A stretch of DNA of 64,000 nt from the human T2T-CHM13v2.0 reference genome, Homo sapiens. Below, in pieces: positions 21,661-36,208 of this stretch; position 1 is the stretch's first letter; each line of letters starts with the position of its first letter. Under the pieces are notes generated by a model that searched no databases, was not told the origin of the DNA, and saw only the letters and a program-made list of their open reading frames with translations. The stretch is from the NCBI RefSeq assembly GCF_009914755.1, contig NC_060937.1, one strand, 5' to 3'. The position numbers were made by a program, and so were the translations under genes.

Positions 21661-22647
21661 TTAATCTATTCTATTATCTCTTGAGTAATAAATTTATAGT
21701 TAATTTTTAATATTAATATAGTTAATGTCTCAAAACCATACCAAAGAGTGTATATGTATATATACACATACAAATATGTGTGCGTGTATATACATATATA
21801 TACACATACGTAATTAGCAATTTATACCCTAACTTCCTGCCTCATCTTTATTTCCAGCAAGTTCTTCAAGAGCTTCTGCATAATTTAATTACTACTTATT
21901 TAAAGATTTACCACTTTAATTATAGACATCCTTGCTCTTTCAAAATCCTTTAGATGTTTAGAGAAAACTTATAGCTTATGCAAACCCCTGTAATTTATTT
22001 ATATAACATAATTTTAAAGCTTAACTAAAACATTCCCAGTTCAAATTATTATTATTTTAAATCCTTTGACATTTTTGTATTTCCTAATAACATTCTCTTG
22101 CAGCTATAATTTCCAAGAAGTTAGAACCTCAGAAAACAGCACCCACCTGAATCTTTGGATTCACCCAAGACCTAGGATTAGCAAGGAAAAGGAAAATTTA
22201 GATTATCATAAAAATGTCATCAACATTTCTAGGAGTATTTTTAAAACTGCTAGTACATACTAACTTTTAAAAGGGATAGAAAAAACAAAAATCTAGTAGT
22301 AACTAAATGGTAACAGTCTCAAAAAGAAGAGGGCTGGGGTAAGGAAAGAACATTGTTAGACACTTGCAGGTAAGGGCTGAGAATTGCAATGAGAATAAAA
22401 CAAGTTGAGAGAGAAAAGCCTGTGTGCAGAAGGAAAGGAGAAAACACAGGGGTCTGAAGATGAGGGCTGAGTGGCCAATGCCAGGCAGAGGCCCTGGGCG
22501 CCTTAGAGGAAATGAAAAGCAGGGCCTGAAACTTCAGTTAGGATTCCCACACAATTAGAGCTGCCAAAGTATCGTCCATCCCTTTGAAAATGGAACATGG
22601 AATCATTCTTAAATAAACATAGTTTTATTCCCAAATTTGGAAGTACC

Positions 22648-23039
22648 TTTTATGGACTGAGTTGTGTGTCTCCAAAATTCATACGTTGAACTTGACCGCC
22701 CCATCCCCCAGCCCCCGCACCTCAGAATGCATTTGAAGATTGGGTCTTTAAAGAGATAGTGATGAAGTTAATATGAGTTAGCTAGGTCGGGCCCAATCCA
22801 CTAGCACTGGTATCCTTACAAGAAGGGAAATGTGGACACAGACACCAGGATGCGTGTGTAGAGGAAAGATCATGTGAGGACATGGCTAGAAGGCAGCCAT
22901 CGGCAAGCCAAGGAGAGGTTTCAGGAGAAACCCAACCAGCCGATACCTGGGTCTCCAGCTGCTCTCCAGCGTCAGAACCGTGAGAAAAGTTTCTGTGGTG
23001 AAGCCACTCAGTCTGGCATTTTGTTCGGGCACTAATGCA
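22648..23039 (+). mobile_element. MLT1B/C-like MaLR LTR
   Basis: tatggactgagttgtgtgtctccaaaattcatacgttgaa ... aagccactcagtctggcattttgtt. Confidence 0.75.
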
Positions 23040-23146
23040 GTAGCTTTGTATAATGCAAACACTTTGAGTCTGAATATCAATTCCCCCGCATACTAACTAT
23101 GCCCCCAGGTTCTCTGGGGGCAGATTTTTAAAAATAAACCTTTTAA

Positions 23147-24030
<884 letters not shown>

Positions 24031-24033
24031 CTT

Positions 24034-24443
<410 letters not shown>

Positions 24444-27400
24444 CTACCTCAAAAAGTTTTGGGAGCAATTCTACAAGCTGTTCTTAAATAACTTCCCTGG
24501 ATTGCTGAAGCCTTTAGTTAATTAACAGCATGCTGAAAAGGTTGATGTTGACAAGTTACCAGTGTTTACATAGCTTTTGGAGGGGAGGATGTTTGAGGTC
24601 TTTACTCAGCCTTTCTCAGTGATATCACCTGATCTCACATCTAATTTTACATTCTTAATTTTTGAAAATTTTGTTATAGAAAGGCTGGGAAGTTGTATAA
24701 GTTTCAGGCCTCACAAAAGTTTAACTGTCTGTGGTATCAAGCGGTTATTTTAAGTTCTTGACAGGTATTCACACATTTAATCTTGACAACAGTCCCTTGA
24801 GGGAGATCCTGTGTTGTCACAATTTCACCTACTCGTACACTTAACCTTGGAGTTACTAAGTTAACAGCCCAGAATCACACAGCTTTTTCTTAGTAAACTA
24901 ATTTCCCAATGTCACTCAGCCAGCAATATTACTCAGGCACTCTGGCTCCAGAGTCCAAGCACATAAACAACACTGCAACAACTTAAAATTGGTAGCAGGT
25001 GCATCCAGCTATTGCCAATACCAGGCCCCACCCAAACATGTTAAATCATTTAGTTTCCGCAGTTCGTTTTTGGATATTTCTAAAGTTAACTTTATTTCCT
25101 CCTCCACTTATCCTTGCTGGCCCAGGATTTTTTTCCTTTGAAATTAGACATTATTGACCTACCATGGAGCTTCTTTTTATCTAAATATTTATGAAAAATC
25201 AGCACTCTTATAGAATATTTACTTACCAACTTGTTTTTATGGAAACACTACTAAAACAAAAATACAAGCATAAAAGTTTAACAGAACAATAATATCTAGG
25301 CAATTTGTTAACAGGTATTTAATGTATACTATTATACTGTAAGTTACAATTAAGGGAGAAACCTAAAAATGTATATAAAAGACTGAATTTCCCCCAAAGA
25401 ACTATTGAGACTATCTAGATAAATCAGAGAGTGATTAAGTACCAAATTACATGTGTTATGCTAGAATCACAACGGCAGTTCCAAGAGGGGGAGGTTTAGA
25501 GGGGCGAATGGAGTAGGTGAGACTAGGACTGAGCCATGCAAAATATTATGGAGATTTGCAGGCAGAGGGGTGGGTCAGGGGTGCTCCGGAATCTCTGTGA
25601 ACATAGGCAATGATAAAAATGGTAATACATGTATATTTCCTGTATTTTTCCAGGAATGATTTATTGTAGACTGGTGAGGGAGCTGGACCAATGGAGAGCC
25701 TGATGATTAGAACAAGGATATCATGTTGAGAAATGGAAGCATAATTTGAGTGTTGAAGAGGAAGCAATGATGAATAGATAATGGGGATCATTACATGAGG
25801 TGTCTTTCATTACCAGGAAATGAGGTTCTCTGGTTTCTCAGCCCTAAGCCATTTTTTAAAATTGTTCTCTCTCTCTCTCTCTTCTGATTTTTGTTTGTTG
25901 CTCTTAATAGGCATGGTCTTCAAGCAAGATTTATGATCTACATGGGGGTTAGGAATGCTAAACTGCACCAAGTTATCAGGCTCATCCTAAGGGTTCCATA
26001 GAGAAGACAGAAAACAGGTATCACATGATTTGGTTACAATGCATATGATGTATGTTGCTAGCTTCATAACTCATAGTTTCTACCATTTTCACAAGGAACA
26101 CCTGGTGAATTTTCACTTTTTAATCTTACTTCATTCTGATATGTGGTGCTACAAGATCAGTTCTTTGTTTAAAGAAGGTGGGAAAAAATGCGTGTATTAG
26201 GGCTCATTCCCTTAGAATTCTTCTTTGTAGACTGGGCCACGTCATCATTTTTACCTTAGACTTTACAGCAGAGAAGAATAAGTGAAGCTCTGTGATATTC
26301 CAATTTCTATTTGGTGTCAGCTATACTATCAATAAATTACTAGATTATGCCTGACCACATACAACTAGAGAAAACATAACTCCCACTTTCCCGTTAATAA
26401 AAACATGAAATACATAAAGGAATTGTTAAAAAATTAAATCGTTAAAATTAAACTTAACTTTTTAGTAAATTAACTTACTGAACAATTAAAATGAGCTAAG
26501 AGGAAAAAAGGACGTATCTTAAGAATTCTACTTGGAGAGCAAAATAAGATTTCTGATTTTGGTCTTTAGTTTCAGTACCCAGCATCATCTTTGAAGTTCA
26601 TACCAGTTCCATTTATTTAGAACTTTTGCCTCTCAAAAGTATTAGAAAAACTCAGAAAAACACAAAACAAAGCACCCATAATTACATCACTTATATATAG
26701 TGCTCACATTTTGACATATGATTACAGTTCTATTTTTCTATGCATTTAAAATATACTTTTTAACTTACATATTATATCAACTGTATTGCACGTATGTGAC
26801 TAAATCTTCCTCAATAGTTCCACAGTTATGTATCATATGAAATGTTCTATTTTCATTCATCTGTTTAGATCACCCTAGATTTTTTCCTATTGCGAATAAT
26901 ACTGTGATAAACATCCTTGCATATACTTCTTTCCATATCTGTGGGATTTCATTTTAAAGAGTGGTGCTAACCAAGAACTAGATCATGAAAACTGTAATTC
27001 GCTCTTACTCTGTTCAAATAAATGAATATAATTAAAATTATGCATATCATCTCCACCTCTCCCATCAGGTTTTCAATAGTAACTGATAATTAGCAACTGC
27101 CTCTACAGTGACCTCATTTACATAATTAACAAAATCCAATAAGGCTGAAATTTATTGTCCTGTTCAGTGAATCATAATCTGGCAGCTGTTACTACCAAGG
27201 CAGGCATTTGTGCCTGGCTGTTCACAGCTTGTCTGAAAAAGCATTTTGCTGGTGATATCCTCATGAACTTATTCTTAGGGGGCAATATGATAAGAAACAC
27301 ATCACTAGATTTCTCTATTGAAAAAAGTTCAAATTCATTTTACACTGGGGATTCCCATACAAAAAAAAGGACAACTCCTTCAATTAATAAGTGTACGCTA

Positions 27401-28189
27401 AAGAAAACCAGTATATTTGGAGAACTCCCATTTTGAGAGACACTCTAGAGGGAAACTATCTTACCCAAGCATCTCCTCTGTGACATTGATCAGAGAAAAA
27501 CAACACTGCTGAGAGGAAACTGAACCCATTTGGCAAGTTCTTCTTTCATTTCCCATCTCAGAGCCAATCTGGCGTATCCATTTTTGACATGCCAGGTCTT
27601 ATCTTTTTATTTACATTTACAGTACAAGAACTAATGCCCAATTGTGTTCATTGTCAGTGCAATAGTAGCAAGAACAGAAAGCAGTGAATCTCTGTTGTGA
27701 TTCGACTAAGTTCTTAGAATTATTACTTATTCCTGAAAAATAAGACAGAACATCATTTGAATTTGGCTTGTTCTGATGTCAAACATGAATGCCAGCTAAT
27801 TGTAATCATTATAAAAATGTGTCAAGAATATAGTCAAGTCTTCTTAATCCTGGCTGTTTCAGTTAGGTGACACGCCTTAAACCCCAACAGAACTTCCATG
27901 TGATTAAAATCGCTTTTTCATGCTATTTTTAATATTTTTAATAAACATGTTTTTTATTTTTTAATTTCTACATATTAAATAACCAAATTGATATAGCTTC
28001 TCAATACTACAATTCATACAAAGATAACACTTTTATATTAGAAAGATGGTGACTGCACAGTCACACAGGCAAGGGCAATAATGTTTCCTACGCCTCTATG
28101 CAGACAACAGGGCCTGTGTTTTGGAAAGCTCGAAGGACAGCAGCGATTATAATTATTGGTGTAAATAGGTATTTCATTTGTTGGTCCTT

Positions 28190-30050
28190 TTTATTTTCAA
28201 TAGATAATACACAAACATGGAACAAAATTTAGAGGGTACAAATGAATGTGTAAAGAGAAAGGCTAAACTTCTGTTTATCACCTCTGTCTCCCAAGATCCT
28301 CAGTTTCCTTCTTTGGAGGGGACACTTTGACAGTTCCCGTGCACCTCTGAAGAGAGCTGATACCATGTGTGAGCACACTCGTTCATTCCTCTTTTATAAA
28401 ACAATGCAAATGGTGAAAGCCTCCACATAGTGTCTTACACCTTCTGTTTTTTTCTACTTAATGTATCTTGAAGATCCTTTCATAGCAGTACACATCAAAA
28501 TGCCTTATTCTTTTTAAATACAGTCATGTGTTGCTTAACGACAGGGATACATTCTGAGAAATGGGTTGTTAGGCAATTTTGTCATTTTTAGGAATGCCGT
28601 AAAGTGTATGACACAAACCCGGACGGTACAGCCTACTACACACCTAGGCCATTTGCTACAGCCTATTGCTTTTAGGCTATAAACCTGTACTGCATGCTAC
28701 TCTACTGAATACTGCAGGTAATTCCAGCATAAAGGTATGCATTTGTGTATCTAAACATAGAAAGGGACGGTAAAACTACGGTATTATAATCTCATGGGAT
28801 CACTGTTGTACATGCAGTTCTTTGTTGCCTGAAGTGTTGCTATGCAACACATGACTATGGTTGCATATTATCATTGCCTGATATATCATCATGTATTTAA
28901 TCAAAATTCTGTTAATTAACATTTAAATTACTTCCTCTTCTTCAGCATTATAATTCTACAGTAACTAACCTTGAAAATATCTTTTTGTACATGTGTAACT
29001 ATATTTATATGATAAATCTCTAGAAATTAAATTACTTCGTCCAAGCATAAATGCATTTTAAATTTTGATGATAGGAACTGCCATGCGCCCCCCGATAGTA
29101 AATCAGAATCAACACATAATATAAACATAAATATTTCTGTCAAAAAAGGATGAGAGTATCTATTTTTCTCACGCCCTTACCAAACAAAGTATTATTAAAG
29201 TTTTGCTTTCCAAATTTGATAACAATAAGAAAAATATGACTTTCGTTTGTCTTATTTTGTTATGGATGGTATGGATATCTTTTTATAAATATTATAGTCA
29301 TTTGTTTTCTTTAATCTATATTTTATGGTTTTGAATATTTTTATATATCATTTTCATTGTTATTGTTTAGTAAATAGCCTTTCTTACAGATGCTCTGCCT
29401 ATAATAAAGAAAAATGTCATTATTCTGCTATTTTAATACAAAATTTTTCCTATTGCATCAACTCTTTTGATTTATTTATGATGTGTACCACATAGCATTT
29501 TTATGAATTTTATACATTAAATTCAGTCACCTTTTTTCCTCTGGGTTCTGTTTTTTGTTTTGTTTTATATATTTAATGCTTAAAATAGTCTTCCCTAAAT
29601 TTATATTATTTGTATGACTTTGTTTTCTTTTAAATATCTGTTTTGTCTAAAATGTACTTTGGTCTAAGCAATGAGAGAGGGTTCCAAATTTACTGTCTGT
29701 TTTCTGGATGACTACACAGTTATCCTCAAACTGTGTATTAAATAATACGTGTTTTCCGCCATGACATGAAATGTTGCCTTCATTATAAACTGAAGCTCAC
29801 ATACAATTAGGTTTATTTCTGGAATTCCTAAGTCCTTGATCTGTTTAGTCATGTAACAAAACCACAGTGTTTTCCTTACTACAGCTTTATACTTTACACT
29901 ACCTTGCACTGTTTTCACTAATGGAAATCAATTTTGTAATCTGTGTAATATTCCTCTTCATTTCTCTTCCTTTTCCAATATTTCTTGATATTCTTTCATA
30001 ATATTTTTTCAAGTAATATTTTGAATCCTATTTTCTAGGTTAAAAACTAT
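28190..30050 (-). mobile_element. Degenerate L1ME-like sequence, interrupted by Tigger3a
   Basis: T-rich degenerate L1 3' and ORF2-end-like sequence; boundaries approximate. Confidence 0.5.
28521..28857 (+). mobile_element. Tigger3a/MER7A-like TcMar MITE
   Basis: TA-CAGTCATGTGTTGC...GCAACACATGACT terminal inverted repeats; gatacattctgagaaatg core. Confidence 0.85.
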
Positions 30051-30929
30051 TTAAAACTATTTTTATAATAAGTCTCTTTTTTCTGACATATTATTTGTTT
30101 TGGTTGGGGAGGTATAAAAGCTACAATCTCTGCCATCCAGGAATTTACAATCTAATGAAATGAACACAGATACAACTTAAACATCATTTGGGCAGCTGGG
30201 CAGTAAAGTGTGTCGCTTATCTGGTTTACTTACCCAGGGCAACATAATTTAGACCTTGACAGTCACGTAAGGACCAACCAAGAAGAAATAGGAATACGTA
30301 ACAATCATTTGATATCTATAACATGAATCTTTAGGAAGACAATAAAAACACAATCTGGAATAAAGTCTATGTACATACTTTACTATGTTGAAACACTAAA
30401 AATAGAGACAAAAATTCTAAGGATATTATACAACAGAATTGTGATCATTAACATCCAGCATTTCTTTTTTGAAGACCTGTAGGAAACTCTTAGTGTGTAG
30501 CCCAGGAAGTAATTTCTGCTTTAGTCTAGCATGGATTTCGTTTCCTTTAATTTCTGATGATAGTGCACATTTCATTGCAGGCAAATACTCATAGGACAGG
30601 TTTCTTTTTAACTCTGATGCCCATTACCATGTTACCATGGGTGTACACAGACATAATATTTTTACATAATGGGTTTTAGTGTGATTAACACCGTGGTAGG
30701 GTTTAGCCAATGGCCAAAGTTAAAGACACATATTTAATTTTTAGTTCACAAAAGTGGCAAAAAAGAAAAAGGGATAAAATTAACTAAAAAATACAAGGGA
30801 TAGTTGTATTAGAGAAACTGAGGATGTAACATTTTGCATGCAAAACGGCTGATGCCACGTATGGATCAGGGTATAAACTGGACTTGAAATATTGAGTGCA
30901 TTTAGGCAGTGGTGAACTATAGAGATGGT

Positions 30930-31150
30930 GAAGCAGATGTCTGGGTTAAAATCCTGAATACATACATTACCAGTTTTCTATACTTGAGCAAGTTATGTAA
31001 CTTATCTGTGCCCCTATAACCTCTTCCATAAAATCAAGTTTAGAATAGTACTTATTTGTGCTTTGGTGTGAGGATTAAGTGAACTAATAGTGTAGGTAAA
31101 GAATTTAGGATAATTCTTGACACACTATAAACACTCACTGAAGAATAGCT
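30930..31150 (+). mobile_element. MIR
   Basis: cttgagcaagttatgtaacttatctgtgcc...gtgaggattaagtga MIR core. Confidence 0.7.
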
Positions 31151-31449
31151 ATTTATTAGCATCATGTATGTCATGTTACAGATTTTGGACTAAATTTTAT
31201 AACAATATATACATACATAAAATACATAGTATTTTAAAAAGGAAAATGTAATGGCAGTATGAAAAATGATTCAGAAAGAAGGTAGACAAGTTAAGAACAC
31301 TGTATTTTATTAGATGAATAAGTCTTAGGTTACTCCTTCAAATGGGGAACATAATTACACCTATCTCCCAGAACAAATGAGATAAGATTCATTTAAGTTA
31401 TTAATAAACTGAGATATTATGGACAAAATGTAGTTGCAAATGTAAGTAA

Positions 31450-31876
<427 letters not shown>

Positions 31877-32649
31877 TCCTTTGCACTTCTATTTCCCCGG
31901 TGTTTAACCACAAATCAGATTAGAATCTCGTGGGAAGAAGGGAGTCGTATTTTCCCTACTCTATAGCTGGACATTATAAACTGGCAGTATTGTGATTGAT
32001 TTAATGCATTTGCAATTGTTTCTGGGGGACATTTGTTTTTGTATTCAAGAACAAATAAACATAACTTCCCAATCTGTTCAATGTTGGTGGTATCAGAAAA
32101 ACACAACAGCAATTAACAAACGAGGAGAAAAATCCATATGTCATTAATGCCTAAAATTAGGTGTGTTTGATGCCAAACCATCATTTACTCTTCCTGAGTG
32201 TGAGGCACTATGAGTGACAGGAATAGGGAGAAAATGTGGATTCTAGAGTTCACCCAGACCCACACCTGATGCTCAGCGTCATTGCTCTGGATGTGTGTGG
32301 ACATTCCTGCACTGCAGTGCTCCTGAAAGCAAGACGCCATAAACAAAAACCAAGATGGCACCTCATCAGTGTTGCTCTAATTAGAATAAAATATCCCCAT
32401 TTTACAAATTGATCTCATACAGTGTAATTGTAAAGCTTTAAGAACAATGTAAACTTAATGCTTTTAAATCTTAAAAAAAACAGAAATAGAAATACTTTAT
32501 TTCTTAAATCCCTTTGGGAATACACAGCCAGGTTTTTTGTTTTCTTTTTTTCTAAAAAAAGGGGTGAATTTCCAATTCAAGATAAAACTTTCCTTAATGT
32601 AGAAATGTTAGAGAACAGCGCTCTCAAAGGCAAAATTCTAAATGTGTCT

Positions 32650-35120
32650 CCTGGAAACACAAGATGGAAGCAACAACAAAAGAGATAGAGCTTTCAAGTC
32701 TTATCTACATTATTCATTAAAACAGACAGAACAACTAGAATTACCAAAAAAACTCCAAAATGAACATTTTCAACAAAACTAGGAGGAAAGTATCTCTACA
32801 AACTGTGGCATATAAGGGGATGGGGTTATGCCAATTACAACACCAAGAACTGTGTGGACACAGCAGCTGTACTAGACAAAGAAGAAGGAAGACAAGGGGG
32901 ACTTCTGATGGTTCTAACAAACTGGAAATTCAGAAATTACCAACACTCACTTTCAAAAAGAGGAGTCCCCACTGAAGGTGAAGGATCTGAAAACAGTGCT
33001 TAGAATTTGAAGGGACATTTGAAAGCTTGGATGTCAGTGGAGCATTTAGGGCTGGGCTATGGAAGCCTACGTCATTAGGGATTTCTGAAATTCTCAGAGA
33101 AGGACAGAGCCTCATATTGAGGGGGATCTGTGGAGGAACATGTCTCCCATTTAACATAACAGAAATGCTGGAAGTAAAGAAAATAGGAAGTTTAGTGATG
33201 GAGGAGACAAGAGGAGATGGATAGCTTAAAGTATTGGAGAGATGGTTACATGAAAAGGCTGCATTTTTAGTATGTTGCAGAAACAACAAGAGAGGAAACC
33301 CCGTAAATATGAAGCTAGCAAGTTCACCCTGGCTCATGTCCAAATCTTGAACAACAGAAGCTTCTTTCTAAACGTACAGGAAAATCAATCTTACTTTACT
33401 ATAATAGCACCATACAAGGTCTGCAGCCCAAATCCATACAAAGATGTTGTAAGAAAGATGAGGTCAAAATATGAGTAACTATTTTAATCTGTTTTAATGC
33501 TCCTGATAAAGGCATAACCAAGACTGAGTAATTTATAAACAAAAAGAGGTTTAATGGACTCACAGTTCCACATGGTTGGGGAGGCCTCACAATCACGGCA
33601 GAAGGTGAAAACGATGTCTTACATGTCAGCAGACAAGTGATAATGAGAATGAAGCGAATATAAAACCATCAGATCTCGAGAGACTTATTCACTACCACAA
33701 GAAGAGTATGGGGGAACCACCCTCATGATTCAGTTACCTCCTACCAGGCACCTCCCACAACACATGGGAATTATGGGAGCTACAATTCACGATGAGATTT
33801 GGGGCATAGCCAAACCATATCAGTGACATTCTATAGAAAATGAAGACACAGCTAAAGAATACAACCAAGAAAGAAAGAAAAAACATATAATCTATCATCT
33901 CAAAGAATGCCATAGTAAATTATGAAAATAATTAAATATATGCAGGAAAAGCAATATACATCAAAATTAGAAAACATCAGTACTGAGATATCTGAACAAT
34001 AGGAGAACATTAAGAGAGAGTTGAGTATGCCCAGAAAATATTTTGAAATAAAAGAAAATGTTATTTCAGAAATTAAGCCTAAACTAAAAGGAACATAAGA
34101 GCATAGAAATTATTGTATGAGAAATCAAAATAGAAATAAAAATTTGAAGAAAATGAATCATAAAGCAAGGACATAAGAGATAAAAGGTATTCTAGAGAAA
34201 GTGAGAGAAATGGAAAATAAAGAGTAGTCAACATACATATAATGGGAGTCTCAAAGAAGAAAACTAAAGCAGTATTAGAAAAAGTGCTTAAGTGTATAAT
34301 CCAAGAAACTATTTTGGATAATAAAAGACTTGAACTTATATTTTAAAGAGGCATACAGTGTACCTGGAAGAACTAATTCTGAATGCTCAACACCAAAAAA
34401 CATTCTAAGAAAATAACTGAAACATTTGAAAAATAAATTATTTTGGCATCTAGGGAAAATCCCTTCCTTAAAAGAAAAAGATACCAAGACTTTTGATAGC
34501 AATGCATTATGCTAGATACAATGAAATAATGAGTTAAGATATTTAAATGAAGAAAATGTGAGCCTTTGATTTTATTTCCTCTTAACTAAACTTTAGACAT
34601 AAAAGTCATGGTAAAGCTATTATAAAAATGAAATAATTTGGGAAGTTGTTTCCATAAGTATTACCTGATGAATCTGTAGAAAACAAGTCTCAATCCACCA
34701 AGAAATAATCAAAGAAGTTTTGACACAATAATATTCATTGAAACATTTTAAAACATGAACATAAGAATGACAATACATATAATGCTAGATATATACAATT
34801 ATAAAAATGGGAAGAGAAGGGAAAGAATGTAGGGAAAGTAGAAGGTATTTCATTTTAGGTGCTAACTGAAAGTAAAGAATATTCTATCAAAATACAAGCC
34901 AGAGGAGACAAAAAAAAAAAGTCAGGGCCATATTTAATTCCAATATAGCCCTAATAGAGAACTAAATAGCTAGTACATTTTAAAAATGTAAGAGAAAAAT
35001 AAAGCATTAAAGGTATTATATTTAGTTGTAAAGTTCACTCATTGAAAACAAAACAAATATTTCAAATTGCCAAAAATAATTGTTGAGAGGCAGTTAAAAC
35101 ATGCAAAAACAAAATAAATC
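32650..35120 (+). mobile_element. Ancient L1M 5'/ORF1-like remnant, interrupted by THE1
   Basis: A-rich degenerate ORF1-like sequence (caacatacatataatgggagtctc, tataatccaagaaac); approximate. Confidence 0.5.
33480..33822 (-). mobile_element. THE1B-like solo LTR
   Basis: gaggtttaatggactcacagttccacatgg core, ends ccaaaccatatca; TSD GTAAC/GTGAC. Confidence 0.88.
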
Positions 35121-36208
35121 ATTCTTTGTAAGACTCAAACCACCTTAAAATATTAAAATCCAACAATGCAGCAGGAGGCCTCTTTCTGACCCATCCTTAT
35201 CAATTCCTCTCTATCCTTAAAGTACCAACTCAAGTGCCACTTTCTTTCCTGGATCATCTCAGAAAAAAGAATCTTCCAAATATGGACACATCACATTTAA
35301 TATCACTCTACTTAGTTTAATATATGATCAAATATTGCAATCATATTTCTTCTTCTAAATTAAAAACTCTTAGTGGATAAAAATTTTCTGATATCTGAAC
35401 CCACACTGTGCCAAGCATCATGCTTTTGCACATAGAAGGTATATAATGAACCTATTCTGAGTTAACCTGTGAATGAAAATGGGATTACATCACAACACTG
35501 AAACAGTGTAAATAAGCTAAGCTGATAGATAAAGAACTTTTCAGTGACTGGCCATAGAATGTAGAAGATCAAAAGCTTCTACGAGAAGACTCTTATCTTG
35601 GGATTTTAAGAGAACCCAGTCTAATTAGGGAGAGCTAAGAATGACTAAAGAAAAGCACATAAAAACTAGACTATAATGGCAAAAATCTCATGGACATATG
35701 AGACCTTAAATGCATGTGTCCCAATCTCCCATGCTTTGTTGTTTCTGTCTGCAGAATTCAGCGGGCTTGGCCACCTTGAGTGGGCTTCCAATATACAGAT
35801 AACTCAGCTCTGGAGGCAGTTCGTCCTATACTTAGTCTGATATTCTGTTCTCCTATTGTGGAAAAATCTGCCATTTTCAAATTTCAGTATTCCTATTCTC
35901 CTCCGGAAGTCATCAGGAGAGAACACATTCCCTCTGCTCATGTCAGTTCCTCAGAATTTAAAGAAAGTTGCCATGTACACTGAAAATTTTCCTGGTCAAA
36001 CTTCAAGGCTTCCCTGGTAACTGTCCTATCACTGTTCTGTATTTCAGATTTCACCCCCAAAATGAGTTACCCAGGAATGAATTCCATCAGCATGCATGTG
36101 AAGCTGATTCATGCAGGTAAATATGTTCCAGCAGGATTTGACAAAGCCAAACTCTACAGCTCTGACTTATGCCTCAACAAGGACACCTAATCCAGTTTTA
36201 CCCCAGTA

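Noticed and set aside
29080-29100. Reverse CTCF-like GCGCCCCCCGATAG
   Set aside because: Mismatches at key core positions and lies within degenerate L1; too weak to call
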